64,000 nt of DNA, taken from Coraliomargarita sp. Lineage in GTDB: Bacteria > Verrucomicrobiota > Verrucomicrobiia > Opitutales > Coraliomargaritaceae. Below the pieces are notes generated by a model, which saw only the letters and a list, made by a program, of their open reading frames with translations, was not told the DNA's origin and ran no database searches. The stretch covers positions 448,001 to 512,000 of the forward strand of contig OZ244160.1 in assembly GCA_965216325.1 (NCBI GenBank). The letters are read 5' to 3'. Position 1 is the first letter of the stretch, and each line of letters opens with the position of its first letter. The position numbers and the translations under genes are program-made. This document shows, one piece after another, positions 28,843 through 38,600 of this stretch.

Positions 28843-29139
28843 ATGCTTTGATGTTCACGGATCCAGGCATGTTTCGCACAGGCCAATCATAGCACGGCGA
28901 ATACTTGCGGTGCCCGTTATCTGAAAATTTAACGCGATGAGTAACTGTTATTGCTACGCCATCTCCGGCAAGCCTACGTCTGCGCTTTGCTGGCAGATGT
29001 GTCGTCGCTATCACTCCTCGGTACTGGGCTATGAACCCAAAAAAAAGGGGGGGCAACCATAAGTCAGGGGCCGCAACACCTGCGATCTCTCTCAAGGAGT
29101 GTTGATTTTAGTCTGTCAAAGGATGGTAGGGGCAGGCGG

Positions 29140-29187
29140 ATACGGTCGATTGACCGTGTTTTCAAGCTGCCCTTTTTCTGCTATCGT
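29140..29187 (+). promoter_or_regulatory. Palindrome ATACGGTCGATTGACCGTGT with -35 TTTTCA and TGcTATCGT
   Basis: Upstream of the giant gene starting at ATG 29264. Confidence 0.68.
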
Positions 29188-29263
29188 GCAGGATGTATCG
29201 GAGCGTCGCCGCTGCTTAAATAAACCCCCATACGGCTACCATTTACAAAAAAAAGACACCCCT

Positions 29264-32200
29264 ATGAAAAGATTTTTGCTCACACTCTTGTTCGCCCTCG
29301 CAACGCTAGGGCTCAGCCACGCGGACACCACCAAGGTACTCATTATTGGCTCGGATTACGACCTCGGCGATAAGTATGGATCCGACTCTGCTGCGTTTTC
29401 ACCCACTGCCATTGCAAGCGAACTCGATGAAATACTTACCAAAAACGGCCCCGGCAATGCCACGGTCACGGTGGAGGAACGCTATAATCATTATAATCCA
29501 ACTGGGTTTGTATATAATGGCCATACATTTGGGTCGAGATCTTACAACTTGACTGGATGGTTCCACTATCCGCTCCCAGCCGGTGCGGAAGAAGCTCGCT
29601 GGGCGAACCTGCGTGGAGAAGGCGGCACTGTCTGGGATTATGTCGTGATTATTGGCGACCCCTATACCATTGAAAAGACTCCCGGTATGTACGCCCAGGG
29701 GGTGGCAAAAGTAGCCGAAGAAGTTGCCAAGGGAGCCGATCCTGCGGAAGTCATCCTATTGATGAACTGGCCGGCATCCGCATCTTCATCCAGCGTGGCT
29801 CACTACAAGGAGGTTGTTTACCGCACCGGTCGCTCTGGCGGCTACAAGGTGGCACCTGCTGCCCTGGCATGGGAGGCAGCCGGTTCTCCAAGCGGTGGCA
29901 GTCACCCGAATGCGGACGGCGCCTATATCGCCGCAGCTTCCATCTACAGCCGTATCTACAATCAAAGCGCCTCGAATTCGGGTTACACCTATGACGACAC
30001 TTTGGCTGATACCGTGCAAACGACGGTTGCAGCCAACGTTGGTCAGCCTCAATACTCCGGTGATTTTAACTTTATCAATCCCTATCTTATGCTTGGCGAC
30101 AAGCGTCGGGATGTGCATTTCAGTGAAAATGGCACTAGTACAGAAGAGGATTTCAAGAACGCTGCCAAATCCGCAATGGACCGAATTGGGGTTACCTATA
30201 ACACAATCGATTACTGCCCAAACGGCAGTTCTTCATCGGCCACTTACAACAGCAATACCCCGGAGGACGACGGCCTGGGCTGGCCTGTCGGCAATGAGAT
30301 GCCTATTGCTTGGAATCATGGACGATCCTACCCAGACGGCAGAATCAAGCTGAATCCAGATTACTGGCAGCTGGGTCTTGGCTTTGAATATCAATGGAAT
30401 ACCACCGCCTATTCCACTGAAATCGCCAACGATCACTACATCGCCATGATGGATTATTACGATACCAACCGGGCAAATGACAGGCTCGCAGATGCCGCGA
30501 TAGGGGCACGTTGGATGCCTACCCGCATGCTCTGGGCTCAATTTCATAAAGAATATCCGGACAGTAACCCAATGCGGGATAGCAACCACCTCAACTGGGA
30601 CCAGACCCATGCGATCGGCACCTACATGTACACGCTCTACTCCGGACGTTGCCCGCTGGATCCGGAGCCCTCACCCATGACCTCGGGCTGGATGGCACAA
30701 AAGATCGGTTATGAGACAGCCTGGCGTATGGGGCGTTGCCAGACCCGTGCTCCGGGATTCAAGGTGATGCCATCTGCAGCATCGGCAAAAACGGTCACGC
30801 CAACCAGCTCGGACACCATGTCCGTTCAGTTCATCATGGCGCCGACCCATGACGTCACCGTCAACATCGCCTCGAGCGACGTTCTAAAAGGCAAAGTCAG
30901 CCCAAGCCAGCTTACCTTCACACCAGAGAACTACAATGTACCACAGACGGTCACTGTCATTGGAGAAACCGGAGTTGCCGGCTCCTTCGAATTTGATGCT
31001 CAGTTCAGCACCACATCAACCGATCCGGTTTACGATGGCCTCTCCGACACCTGGACCTACACCAACAACCGTACCCAAGGTCTAAGTCAGGTTTTAGGCA
31101 ATGATGTCGTTATAGAAACCGGCGACACGACCCCGGATCTTACGGACGGCACCGACTTCGGTTATGTGGATGCCTCGCTCACCAAGGTGTTCACCATTTT
31201 TAACCAGTCCGCTACCGATACCGTTAATCTCACAGATTCACCTCGTGTCACCCTCTCCGACGCATCCGGTAACTTCACACTGACGCAAGATGCCGCTTCC
31301 GGGGCGATTGCGCCGCTTGGATCGACCACTTTTAGCATCACCTATGATGCCACTGCCGATTTAAGCGGAGGCCTGCACACAGCTACAGTCTCTATCTCCA
31401 GCTCAGACCCACTTCTCCCAACATACACCTTTACCGTTCAGGCCCTTAGTCCCGGACAACCTACGGTGATTAATGCAGGGAGCACCCCTGGCCAGCTCAG
31501 CGCCACACTTGAGGGACAGCTGAGTGTCGGTAGCATGGCCGATGTCATTATTTACTGGGGCACTACTGATGGTGGCACCACTCCCGAAAACTGGGAGAAT
31601 GCGCAATCATTCACTGCAGTAACTGAGGGGAATAACTTTTCAGCAGAGCTGACCGGCCTGGTTGCTGGACGACAATACTACTACCGTGTTTTTGCCAGCA
31701 ATTCCAAGGGCGAAGCATGGTCCGAATCCACTGAACTGTTCATGACTGAGGCGCCTGTAGCACTGCCGAGCACCCCGGTTCGCTGGGGAGCTCCAATAAT
31801 GTATTGGAGTATTGAGGAACTTAGTCCAGCTCTCTGGCTTGACGCTTCAGACGCCTCGACGATCACCCAAAGCGGTGGTGCGGTTTCTCAGTGGGCAGAC
31901 AAGAGTGCAAATAATAATCACGCATACCAGGGCACAGCAGAACGCCAGCCCACCTTGAATGGTGATCAGATAGACTTTGATGGTGGTGATATATTGTCTG
32001 TTACGAATGACGCCTTCAAAGACCTGCAGAATCCCTGTGTCATCGTTTTAGGTAAATGGGACAGCTCATCTTCATGGGGCAATGCCTTTGCCGCCTACCA
32101 CGGAGAAAGCGGTGTCGGATGGCAGTTACGGCAGCAGTCTGGAGCTGTTGATAAGCTTACACTCACTGTGCGGGGTACTGCAGGAGCTGATGACCCTGAC

Positions 32201-35200
32201 CCTTCCGTCACGGCTAACACCAGCTTCTTTATTGGAAGCGCCTATCGGAGTAATGCCAACACCCGAACCATAAGACACAACGGAACGCAAACGTTTACTG
32301 ACACTGGTGACACTGGAACAATTACTTATAGCGGGTCAGAACGCTCTTCTATTGGAGGTCGGTATCATGGAGATGCTTTTTCGAATCCTGCGGGATTCCT
32401 AAATGGCAGCATAAAAGAGATTATAGTGCTGGATAATGCGACAGACCAGGAGGTCCAACAAATCGAAGGCTACCTGGCATGGAAATGGGGGCTTGAAAGT
32501 AACCTTCCCGTGGATCATCCCTACAAGAATGTTGAACTTCGAACCGGAACCGTCAACGCTGGTAACTCAGCAGACATAGATGATTTGCCGAAAGCTCTCT
32601 GGCTAGACGCTTCTGACCTTGATGGCGACGGTGTTGCCGAAGGCTCTGCAGAGGATGGTCAGGCTGGCGGATCAGTTACGACCTGGGCAGACAAGAGTGG
32701 CAACAATAGAGATGCCACTCAAACAGATGGTTCGTTGAAACCGACCTATACGCTCGGTAGTATGAACGGGCAAGACGTTCTTACTTTTGACGGTACAGAC
32801 GACCATTTGGATGTTGATCTCGACTTCCTCGCCGGTGTATCGCATTCGGCTTTCATTGTAACCAAGGTTACTGACTACGACAATATCTATGGTGCAGCAA
32901 ACGGGAATTCCGGAAGCAACAGTCTTCACGTAGGCTTCACCGGTGCAAGTACTTATAGAATGAATTACTGGGCTAATGACTACTATCAAGCGACGTCTGC
33001 AAACTTCCATGCCGGACAGGCAAATCTTGTAAACTATGTCTGGACCTCCGGAAGTGATAAGCAAGTCTTTGCCAACGGCTACTCCGAAGGAAACAGCGGT
33101 AGTGCTGGTGTCGTCGGCACTATGGCTGGTGGCGGAATGATCGGTGGAGCTGTTGGAAACTATTTCGGTGGCGATATTGCCGAGATGATCATTGTCACTG
33201 GAGATGTTGATGCCGATACCCGTGAAAACATCGAAGGCTACCTGGCATGGAAATGGGGACTTGAAAGTTCTCTTCCAGTGGATCATCCCTACGCCAGTGA
33301 ACCACCAGCCAGTGCAGAGCACATGGTAACAGCTGATGTTAGCATGAGTGCAGCTGATAGCTACAATGCTTCCACACCGATCAGCCCCGCTCTTGGCGTC
33401 AACGATTATTACCTTACCGATAGCGCAAACCGTACGCCGGTTATTTACGGTGCGCACCAGGCCGATCTCACCATCAAAAGCGATGCGACACAAGGCTATG
33501 CCGAGCTGGCAGAAGAGATGATTGTGGGGGATCGTACTAAAGCCATGATGGTCTGGAAAAAGACGGACTTCCTGGCTGACCGCAGTGTCACACTTACCCG
33601 TTTCAAGCTGGACCTATTCGGGCCGGCCGATCTGAGCTATGAAAACCGCTGGGTGGTGGAGAAGGACGGACAGTTCTACATCAGCGATCAAACCTTTAGC
33701 GCCGGCAATCAGGATGTGGATGCATCCACCCTGACTTGGAGCGAGTACACCCCGCTGAGCGGTGGTTCCGACGCCATAGGAGCATCTGCCACGATCTCTC
33801 TCCATGACCTGGATTCAATTGGCTTCTATGTTAACGCTGAGCGAACGGCGAACAGCGGGGACAGCTGGATGCGGACATCCGTGTACTATTTCGCCGTGGA
33901 TGGCGATGAAGATCCGGATCTGAGCGCGACCGTCAACTACGTCACCTATGAGGCTGGTCCTAACGGTAGTATTACCGGCCCGCCGTCCATCAGTGTTAGC
34001 TATACGGATCAAGAGATCGACATCGTCAACACTGGCGCTAGCAACTTAGTGCAGGCTCAGAATTTTGGTGGCACAGGGAACGTGACCATCAATGGCATTA
34101 CTCACACCAATTCTAACAGCGCGTTAACCCCGGCTTCTTTCCCCGGGCCTTGGGGCGATCCCGATGCCGGCACCTTTACCGGGGACATGTTCACGCTTCT
34201 TGATGGGATAGCGGGCAGCGATACAGCAGCAGCGTCCACGGTCACCATTTCCGGACTGACCCCCGGTGAGACCTATCTCTTCCAAGCCTACTGGCTGGTG
34301 AATGACAATTTCGGCACTCGCACGATGAACGTTAACCTCGAGGGCGAGACGCTCACTAACATCAATGCCAATACAGCAGCGAACGAGTTCGTGCTCATTT
34401 CCTACACTTACACAGCCACTGATGACACCTTTGTAGGCACCTTTGACGATCCTAGCGGCAACGAATGGCTACAAGGATTTTCGCTCCAGGTAGCAGTACC
34501 TGAGTCATCTTCTTCAATAACCCAAGAGGTGCTTTATGATGGTAGCACAATCGCGGTAACAGCTACGCCAGATACCGGCTATGTTTTTGTCAACTGGGAT
34601 GACGGCAGCACCGCCAACCCCCGTTCGGATACCAACGTAACGAGTAGCCAGACCTATACGGCCAATTTTGCTCCGGTAGCGTCCCCCGAAGTGGTCTACC
34701 AGGCCGGAGCGAACGGGAGTATTACTGGAACCGCAACCCAGGTTGTGCCCTATAACGGCAGCACCACCGAAGTGACGGCCGTAGCGGCAGCCTATTACAG
34801 TTTCACCGGTTGGGATGATGGCAGCACCGCCAACCCCCGCTCGGATGACAATGTAACGAGCGACCAGACTTATACGGCCAACTTTGCGGCTGATGTGACG
34901 GGCACAAATTCAGTGCCACACGCATGGCTGGCGGCGCAAGACCCCAGCTGGACCACTGGATTTGAAGCCCTGCAGGCGACCGATCACGATGGTGATGGCG
35001 TCACCACCGGAGACGAGTACTGGGCCGGCACCGATCCCAACGACAAAGACTCTAAGTTAGGGCTCGTCATTTCGGTTGAGAATGGTGTGCTGACACTCGA
35101 ATGGAATCAGCACAACCCAGCCGCCGAGCTACCGGACCTGCGACTGGAAAGTAGTGTGGATCTTGGCATTGAGTCATGGGGCTTGGTGGAAGCAATACAG

Positions 35201-35293
35201 CGTACTGACGGAGTGATGACGTGGACAAAACCAGATCCCCTGTCTGGAGCTGGACCCCGCACCTTCTACCGCCTTGTTGTCCCTCAAAATTAA
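29264..35293 (+). CDS. Giant modular secreted protein A: SGNH-like N-terminus, Ig-like domains, two LamG/ConA-like modules, inserted PEP-CTERM-type domain, InlB-B-like repeats, C-terminal DHDGDG..EY..GTDP..FYRL motif
   Basis: Start set at MKRFLLTLL by identity with paralog 35642; VLIIGS..HPNADGAYIAA; ALWLDASD..EGYLAWKWGL modules. Confidence 0.88.
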   Translation: MKRFLLTLLFALATLGLSHADTTKVLIIGSDYDLGDKYGSDSAAFSPTAIASELDEILTKNGPGNATVTVEERYNHYNPTGFVYNGHTFGSRSYNLTGWFHYPLPAGAEEARWANLRGEGGTVWDYVVIIGDPYTIEKTPGMYAQGVAKVAEEVAKGADPAEVILLMNWPASASSSSVAHYKEVVYRTGRSGGYKVAPAALAWEAAGSPSGGSHPNADGAYIAAASIYSRIYNQSASNSGYTYDDTLADTVQTTVAANVGQPQYSGDFNFINPYLMLGDKRRDVHFSENGTSTEEDFKNAAKSAMDRIGVTYNTIDYCPNGSSSSATYNSNTPEDDGLGWPVGNEMPIAWNHGRSYPDGRIKLNPDYWQLGLGFEYQWNTTAYSTEIANDHYIAMMDYYDTNRANDRLADAAIGARWMPTRMLWAQFHKEYPDSNPMRDSNHLNWDQTHAIGTYMYTLYSGRCPLDPEPSPMTSGWMAQKIGYETAWRMGRCQTRAPGFKVMPSAASAKTVTPTSSDTMSVQFIMAPTHDVTVNIASSDVLKGKVSPSQLTFTPENYNVPQTVTVIGETGVAGSFEFDAQFSTTSTDPVYDGLSDTWTYTNNRTQGLSQVLGNDVVIETGDTTPDLTDGTDFGYVDASLTKVFTIFNQSATDTVNLTDSPRVTLSDASGNFTLTQDAASGAIAPLGSTTFSITYDATADLSGGLHTATVSISSSDPLLPTYTFTVQALSPGQPTVINAGSTPGQLSATLEGQLSVGSMADVIIYWGTTDGGTTPENWENAQSFTAVTEGNNFSAELTGLVAGRQYYYRVFASNSKGEAWSESTELFMTEAPVALPSTPVRWGAPIMYWSIEELSPALWLDASDASTITQSGGAVSQWADKSANNNHAYQGTAERQPTLNGDQIDFDGGDILSVTNDAFKDLQNPCVIVLGKWDSSSSWGNAFAAYHGESGVGWQLRQQSGAVDKLTLTVRGTAGADDPDPSVTANTSFFIGSAYRSNANTRTIRHNGTQTFTDTGDTGTITYSGSERSSIGGRYHGDAFSNPAGFLNGSIKEIIVLDNATDQEVQQIEGYLAWKWGLESNLPVDHPYKNVELRTGTVNAGNSADIDDLPKALWLDASDLDGDGVAEGSAEDGQAGGSVTTWADKSGNNRDATQTDGSLKPTYTLGSMNGQDVLTFDGTDDHLDVDLDFLAGVSHSAFIVTKVTDYDNIYGAANGNSGSNSLHVGFTGASTYRMNYWANDYYQATSANFHAGQANLVNYVWTSGSDKQVFANGYSEGNSGSAGVVGTMAGGGMIGGAVGNYFGGDIAEMIIVTGDVDADTRENIEGYLAWKWGLESSLPVDHPYASEPPASAEHMVTADVSMSAADSYNASTPISPALGVNDYYLTDSANRTPVIYGAHQADLTIKSDATQGYAELAEEMIVGDRTKAMMVWKKTDFLADRSVTLTRFKLDLFGPADLSYENRWVVEKDGQFYISDQTFSAGNQDVDASTLTWSEYTPLSGGSDAIGASATISLHDLDSIGFYVNAERTANSGDSWMRTSVYYFAVDGDEDPDLSATVNYVTYEAGPNGSITGPPSISVSYTDQEIDIVNTGASNLVQAQNFGGTGNVTINGITHTNSNSALTPASFPGPWGDPDAGTFTGDMFTLLDGIAGSDTAAASTVTISGLTPGETYLFQAYWLVNDNFGTRTMNVNLEGETLTNINANTAANEFVLISYTYTATDDTFVGTFDDPSGNEWLQGFSLQVAVPESSSSITQEVLYDGSTIAVTATPDTGYVFVNWDDGSTANPRSDTNVTSSQTYTANFAPVASPEVVYQAGANGSITGTATQVVPYNGSTTEVTAVAAAYYSFTGWDDGSTANPRSDDNVTSDQTYTANFAADVTGTNSVPHAWLAAQDPSWTTGFEALQATDHDGDGVTTGDEYWAGTDPNDKDSKLGLVISVENGVLTLEWNQHNPAAELPDLRLESSVDLGIESWGLVEAIQRTDGVMTWTKPDPLSGAGPRTFYRLVVPQN

Positions 35294-35516
35294 CCGAGTT
35301 ATCGAATTTGTCTCGTGCTGCGATTCTTAGGGGGCTTCCCCTCGAACCGTTGAAGATCTTGTTTTTTGTGCATACTGTTGCGTCCTGCGCTGGTCGACTG
35401 TTCGCTGGATCCTAAATTGCTTCGTCCTCATCGCAGACTGTCATTCAGAACACCGCATGCCAAATCGATGAAAACAAGAGTCTTGATTTTAGTCTGGCAA
35501 AGGTCGGATGGGGGGG

Positions 35517-35564
35517 GGGCGGTCGATTGACCGTGTTTTCAAGCTGCCCTTTTTCTGCTATCGT
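35517..35564 (+). promoter_or_regulatory. Palindrome copy with a degenerate left arm (gggCGGTCGATTGACCGTGT) and duplicated promoter
   Basis: Copy of the 29140 region; left arm replaced by a G run. Confidence 0.55.
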
Positions 35565-35641
35565 GCAGGCTGTATCGGAGCGTCGCCGCTGCTTAAATAA
35601 TCCCCCCATACGGCTACCATTTACAAAAAAAAGACACCCCT

Positions 35642-38600
35642 ATGAAAAGATTTTTGCTCACACTCTTGTTCGCCCTCGCAACGCTAGGGCTCAGCCACGC
35701 GGACACCACCAAGGTACTCATTATTGGCTCGGATTACGACCTCGGCGATAAGTATGGATCCGACTCTGCTGCGTTTTCACCCACTGCCATTGCAAGCGAA
35801 CTCGATGAAATACTTACCAAAAACGGCCCCGGCAATGCCACGGTCACGGTGGAGGAACGCTATAATCATTATAATCCAACTGGGTTTGTATATAATGGCC
35901 ATACATTTGGGTCGAGATCTTACAACTTGACTGGATGGTTCCACTATCCGCTCCCAGCCGGTGCGGAAGAAGCTCGCTGGGCGAACCTGCGTGGAGAAGG
36001 CGGCACTGTCTGGGATTATGTCGTGATTATTGGCGACCCCTATACCATTGAAAAGACTCCCGGTATGTACGCCCAGGGGGTGGCAAAAGTAGCCGAAGAA
36101 GTTGCCAAGGGAGCCGATCCTGCGGAAGTCATCCTATTGATGAACTGGCCGGCATCCGCATCTTCATCCAGCGTGGCTCACTACAAGGAGGTTGTTTACC
36201 GCACCGGTCGCTCTGGCGGCTACAAGGTGGCACCTGCTGCCCTGGCGTGGGAGGCAGCCGGTTCTCCAAGCGGTGTCAGTCACCCGAATGCGGACGGCGC
36301 CTATATCGCCGCAGCTTCCATCTACAGCCGTATCTACAATCAAAGCGCCTCGAATTCGGGTTACACCTATAACGACACTTTGGCTGACACCGTGCAAACG
36401 ACGGTTGCAGCCAACGTTGGTCAGCCTCAATACTCCGGTGATTTTAACTTTATCAATCCCTACCTGATGCTGGGCGACAAGCGTCGGGATGTGCATTTCA
36501 GTGAAAATGGCACTAGTACAGAAGAGGATTTCAAGAACGCTGCCAAATCCGCAATGGACCGAATTGGGGTTACCTATAACACAATCGATTACTGCCCAAA
36601 CGGCAGTTCTTCATCGGCCACTTACAACAGCAATACCCCGGAGGACGACGGCCTGGGCTGGCCTGTCGGCAATGAGATGCCTATTGCTTGGAATCATGGA
36701 CGATCCTACCCAGACGGCAGAATCAAGCTGAATCCAGATTACTGGCAGCTGGGTCTTGGCTTTGAATATCAATGGAATACCACCGCCTATTCCACTGAAA
36801 TCGCCAACGATCACTACATCGCCATGATGGATTATTACGATACCAACCGGGCAAATGACAGGCTCGCAGATGCCGCGATAGGGGCACGTTGGATGCCTAC
36901 CCGCATGCTCTGGGCTCAATTTCATAAAGAATATCCGGACAGTAACCCAATGCGGGATAGCAACCACCTCAACTGGGACCAGACCCATGCGATCGGCACC
37001 TACATGTACACGCTCTACTCCGGACGTTGCCCGCTGGATCCCGAGCCGTCACCCATGACCTCGGTCTGGATGGCCCAAAAGATCGGTTATGAGACAGCCT
37101 GGCGTATGGGGCGTTGCCAGACCCGTGCTCCGGGATTCAAGGTGATGCCATCTGCAGCATCGGCAAAAACGGTCACGCCAACCAGCTCGGACACCATGTC
37201 CGTTCAGTTCATCATGGCGCCGACCCATGACGTCACCGTCAACATCGCCTCGAGCGACGTTCTAAAAGGCAAAGTCAGCCCAAGCCAGCTTACCTTCACA
37301 CCAGAGAACTACAACGTGCCCCAGACGGTCACTGTCATTGGAGAAACCGGAGCTGCCGGCTCCTTCGAATTTGATGCTCAGTTCAGCACCACATCAACCG
37401 ATCCGGTATACGATGGCCTCTCCGACACCTGGACCTACACCAACAACCGTACCCAAGGTCTAAGTCAGGTTTTAGGCAATGATGTCGTTATAGAAACCGG
37501 CGACACGACCCCGGATCTTACGGACGGCACCGACTTCGGTTATGTCGATGCCTCACTCACCAAGGTGTTCACCATTTTTAACCAGTCCGCTACCGATACC
37601 GTTAATCTCACAGATTCACCTCGTGTCACCCTCTCCGACGCATCCGGTAACTTCACACTGACGCAAGATGCCGCTTCCGGGGCGATTGCGCCGCTTGGAT
37701 CGACCACTTTTAGCATCACCTATGATGCCACTGCCGATTTAAGCGGAGGCCTGCACACAGCTACAGTCTCTATCTCCAGCTCAGACCCACTTCTCCCAAC
37801 ATACACCTTTACCGTTCAGGCCCTTAGTCCCGGACAACCTACGGTGATTAATGCAGGAAGCACCGGTGGCCAGCTCAGCGCCACACTTGAGGGACAGCTG
37901 AGTGTCGGTAGCATGGCCGATGTCATTATTTACTGGGGCACTACTGATGGTGGCACCACTCCCGAAAACTGGGAGAATGCGCAATCATTCACTGCAGTAA
38001 CTGAGGGGAATAATTTCTCTGTAGAGCTGACTGATCTGGTTGCCGGACGGCAATACTACTACCGTGTTTTTGCCAGCAATTCCAAGGGCGAGGCATGGTC
38101 CGAATCCACTGAACTGTTCATGACTGAGGCGCCTGTAGCACTGCCGAGCACCCCGGTGCGTTGGGGAGCTCCAGCAAAGTATTGGAGTATTGAGGAACTT
38201 AGTCCAGCGCTCTGGCTTGACGCTTCAGACGCCTCGACGATCACCGAGAGCGGTGGTGCGGTTTCACAGTGGGCTGACAAGAGCGGGAATAACAGAGATG
38301 CCACTCAAACAGATGGTTCGCTGAAACCGACCTATACGCTCAGTAGCATGAATGGACAAGACGTCCTTACTTTTGATGGTTCAGATGACCACCTGAATGT
38401 TGACCTTGACTTCCTCGCCGGTGTATCGCATTCGGCTTTCATTGTAACCAACGTCACAGACTACGACAATATCTATGGCGCCGCAAACGGGAACTCCGGA
38501 AGCAACAGTCTTCACGTAGGCTTCAGCGGTGCAAGTAATTATAGAATGAATTACTGGTCTAATGACTACTATCCAGCGATGTCTGCAAACTTCCATGCTG

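Noticed and set aside
29099..29263. N-terminal extensions in the ORF track (29099, 9177, 17615, 53518)
   Set aside because: They run through promoter or leader DNA. Downstream ATGs give proper signal peptides or family starts.
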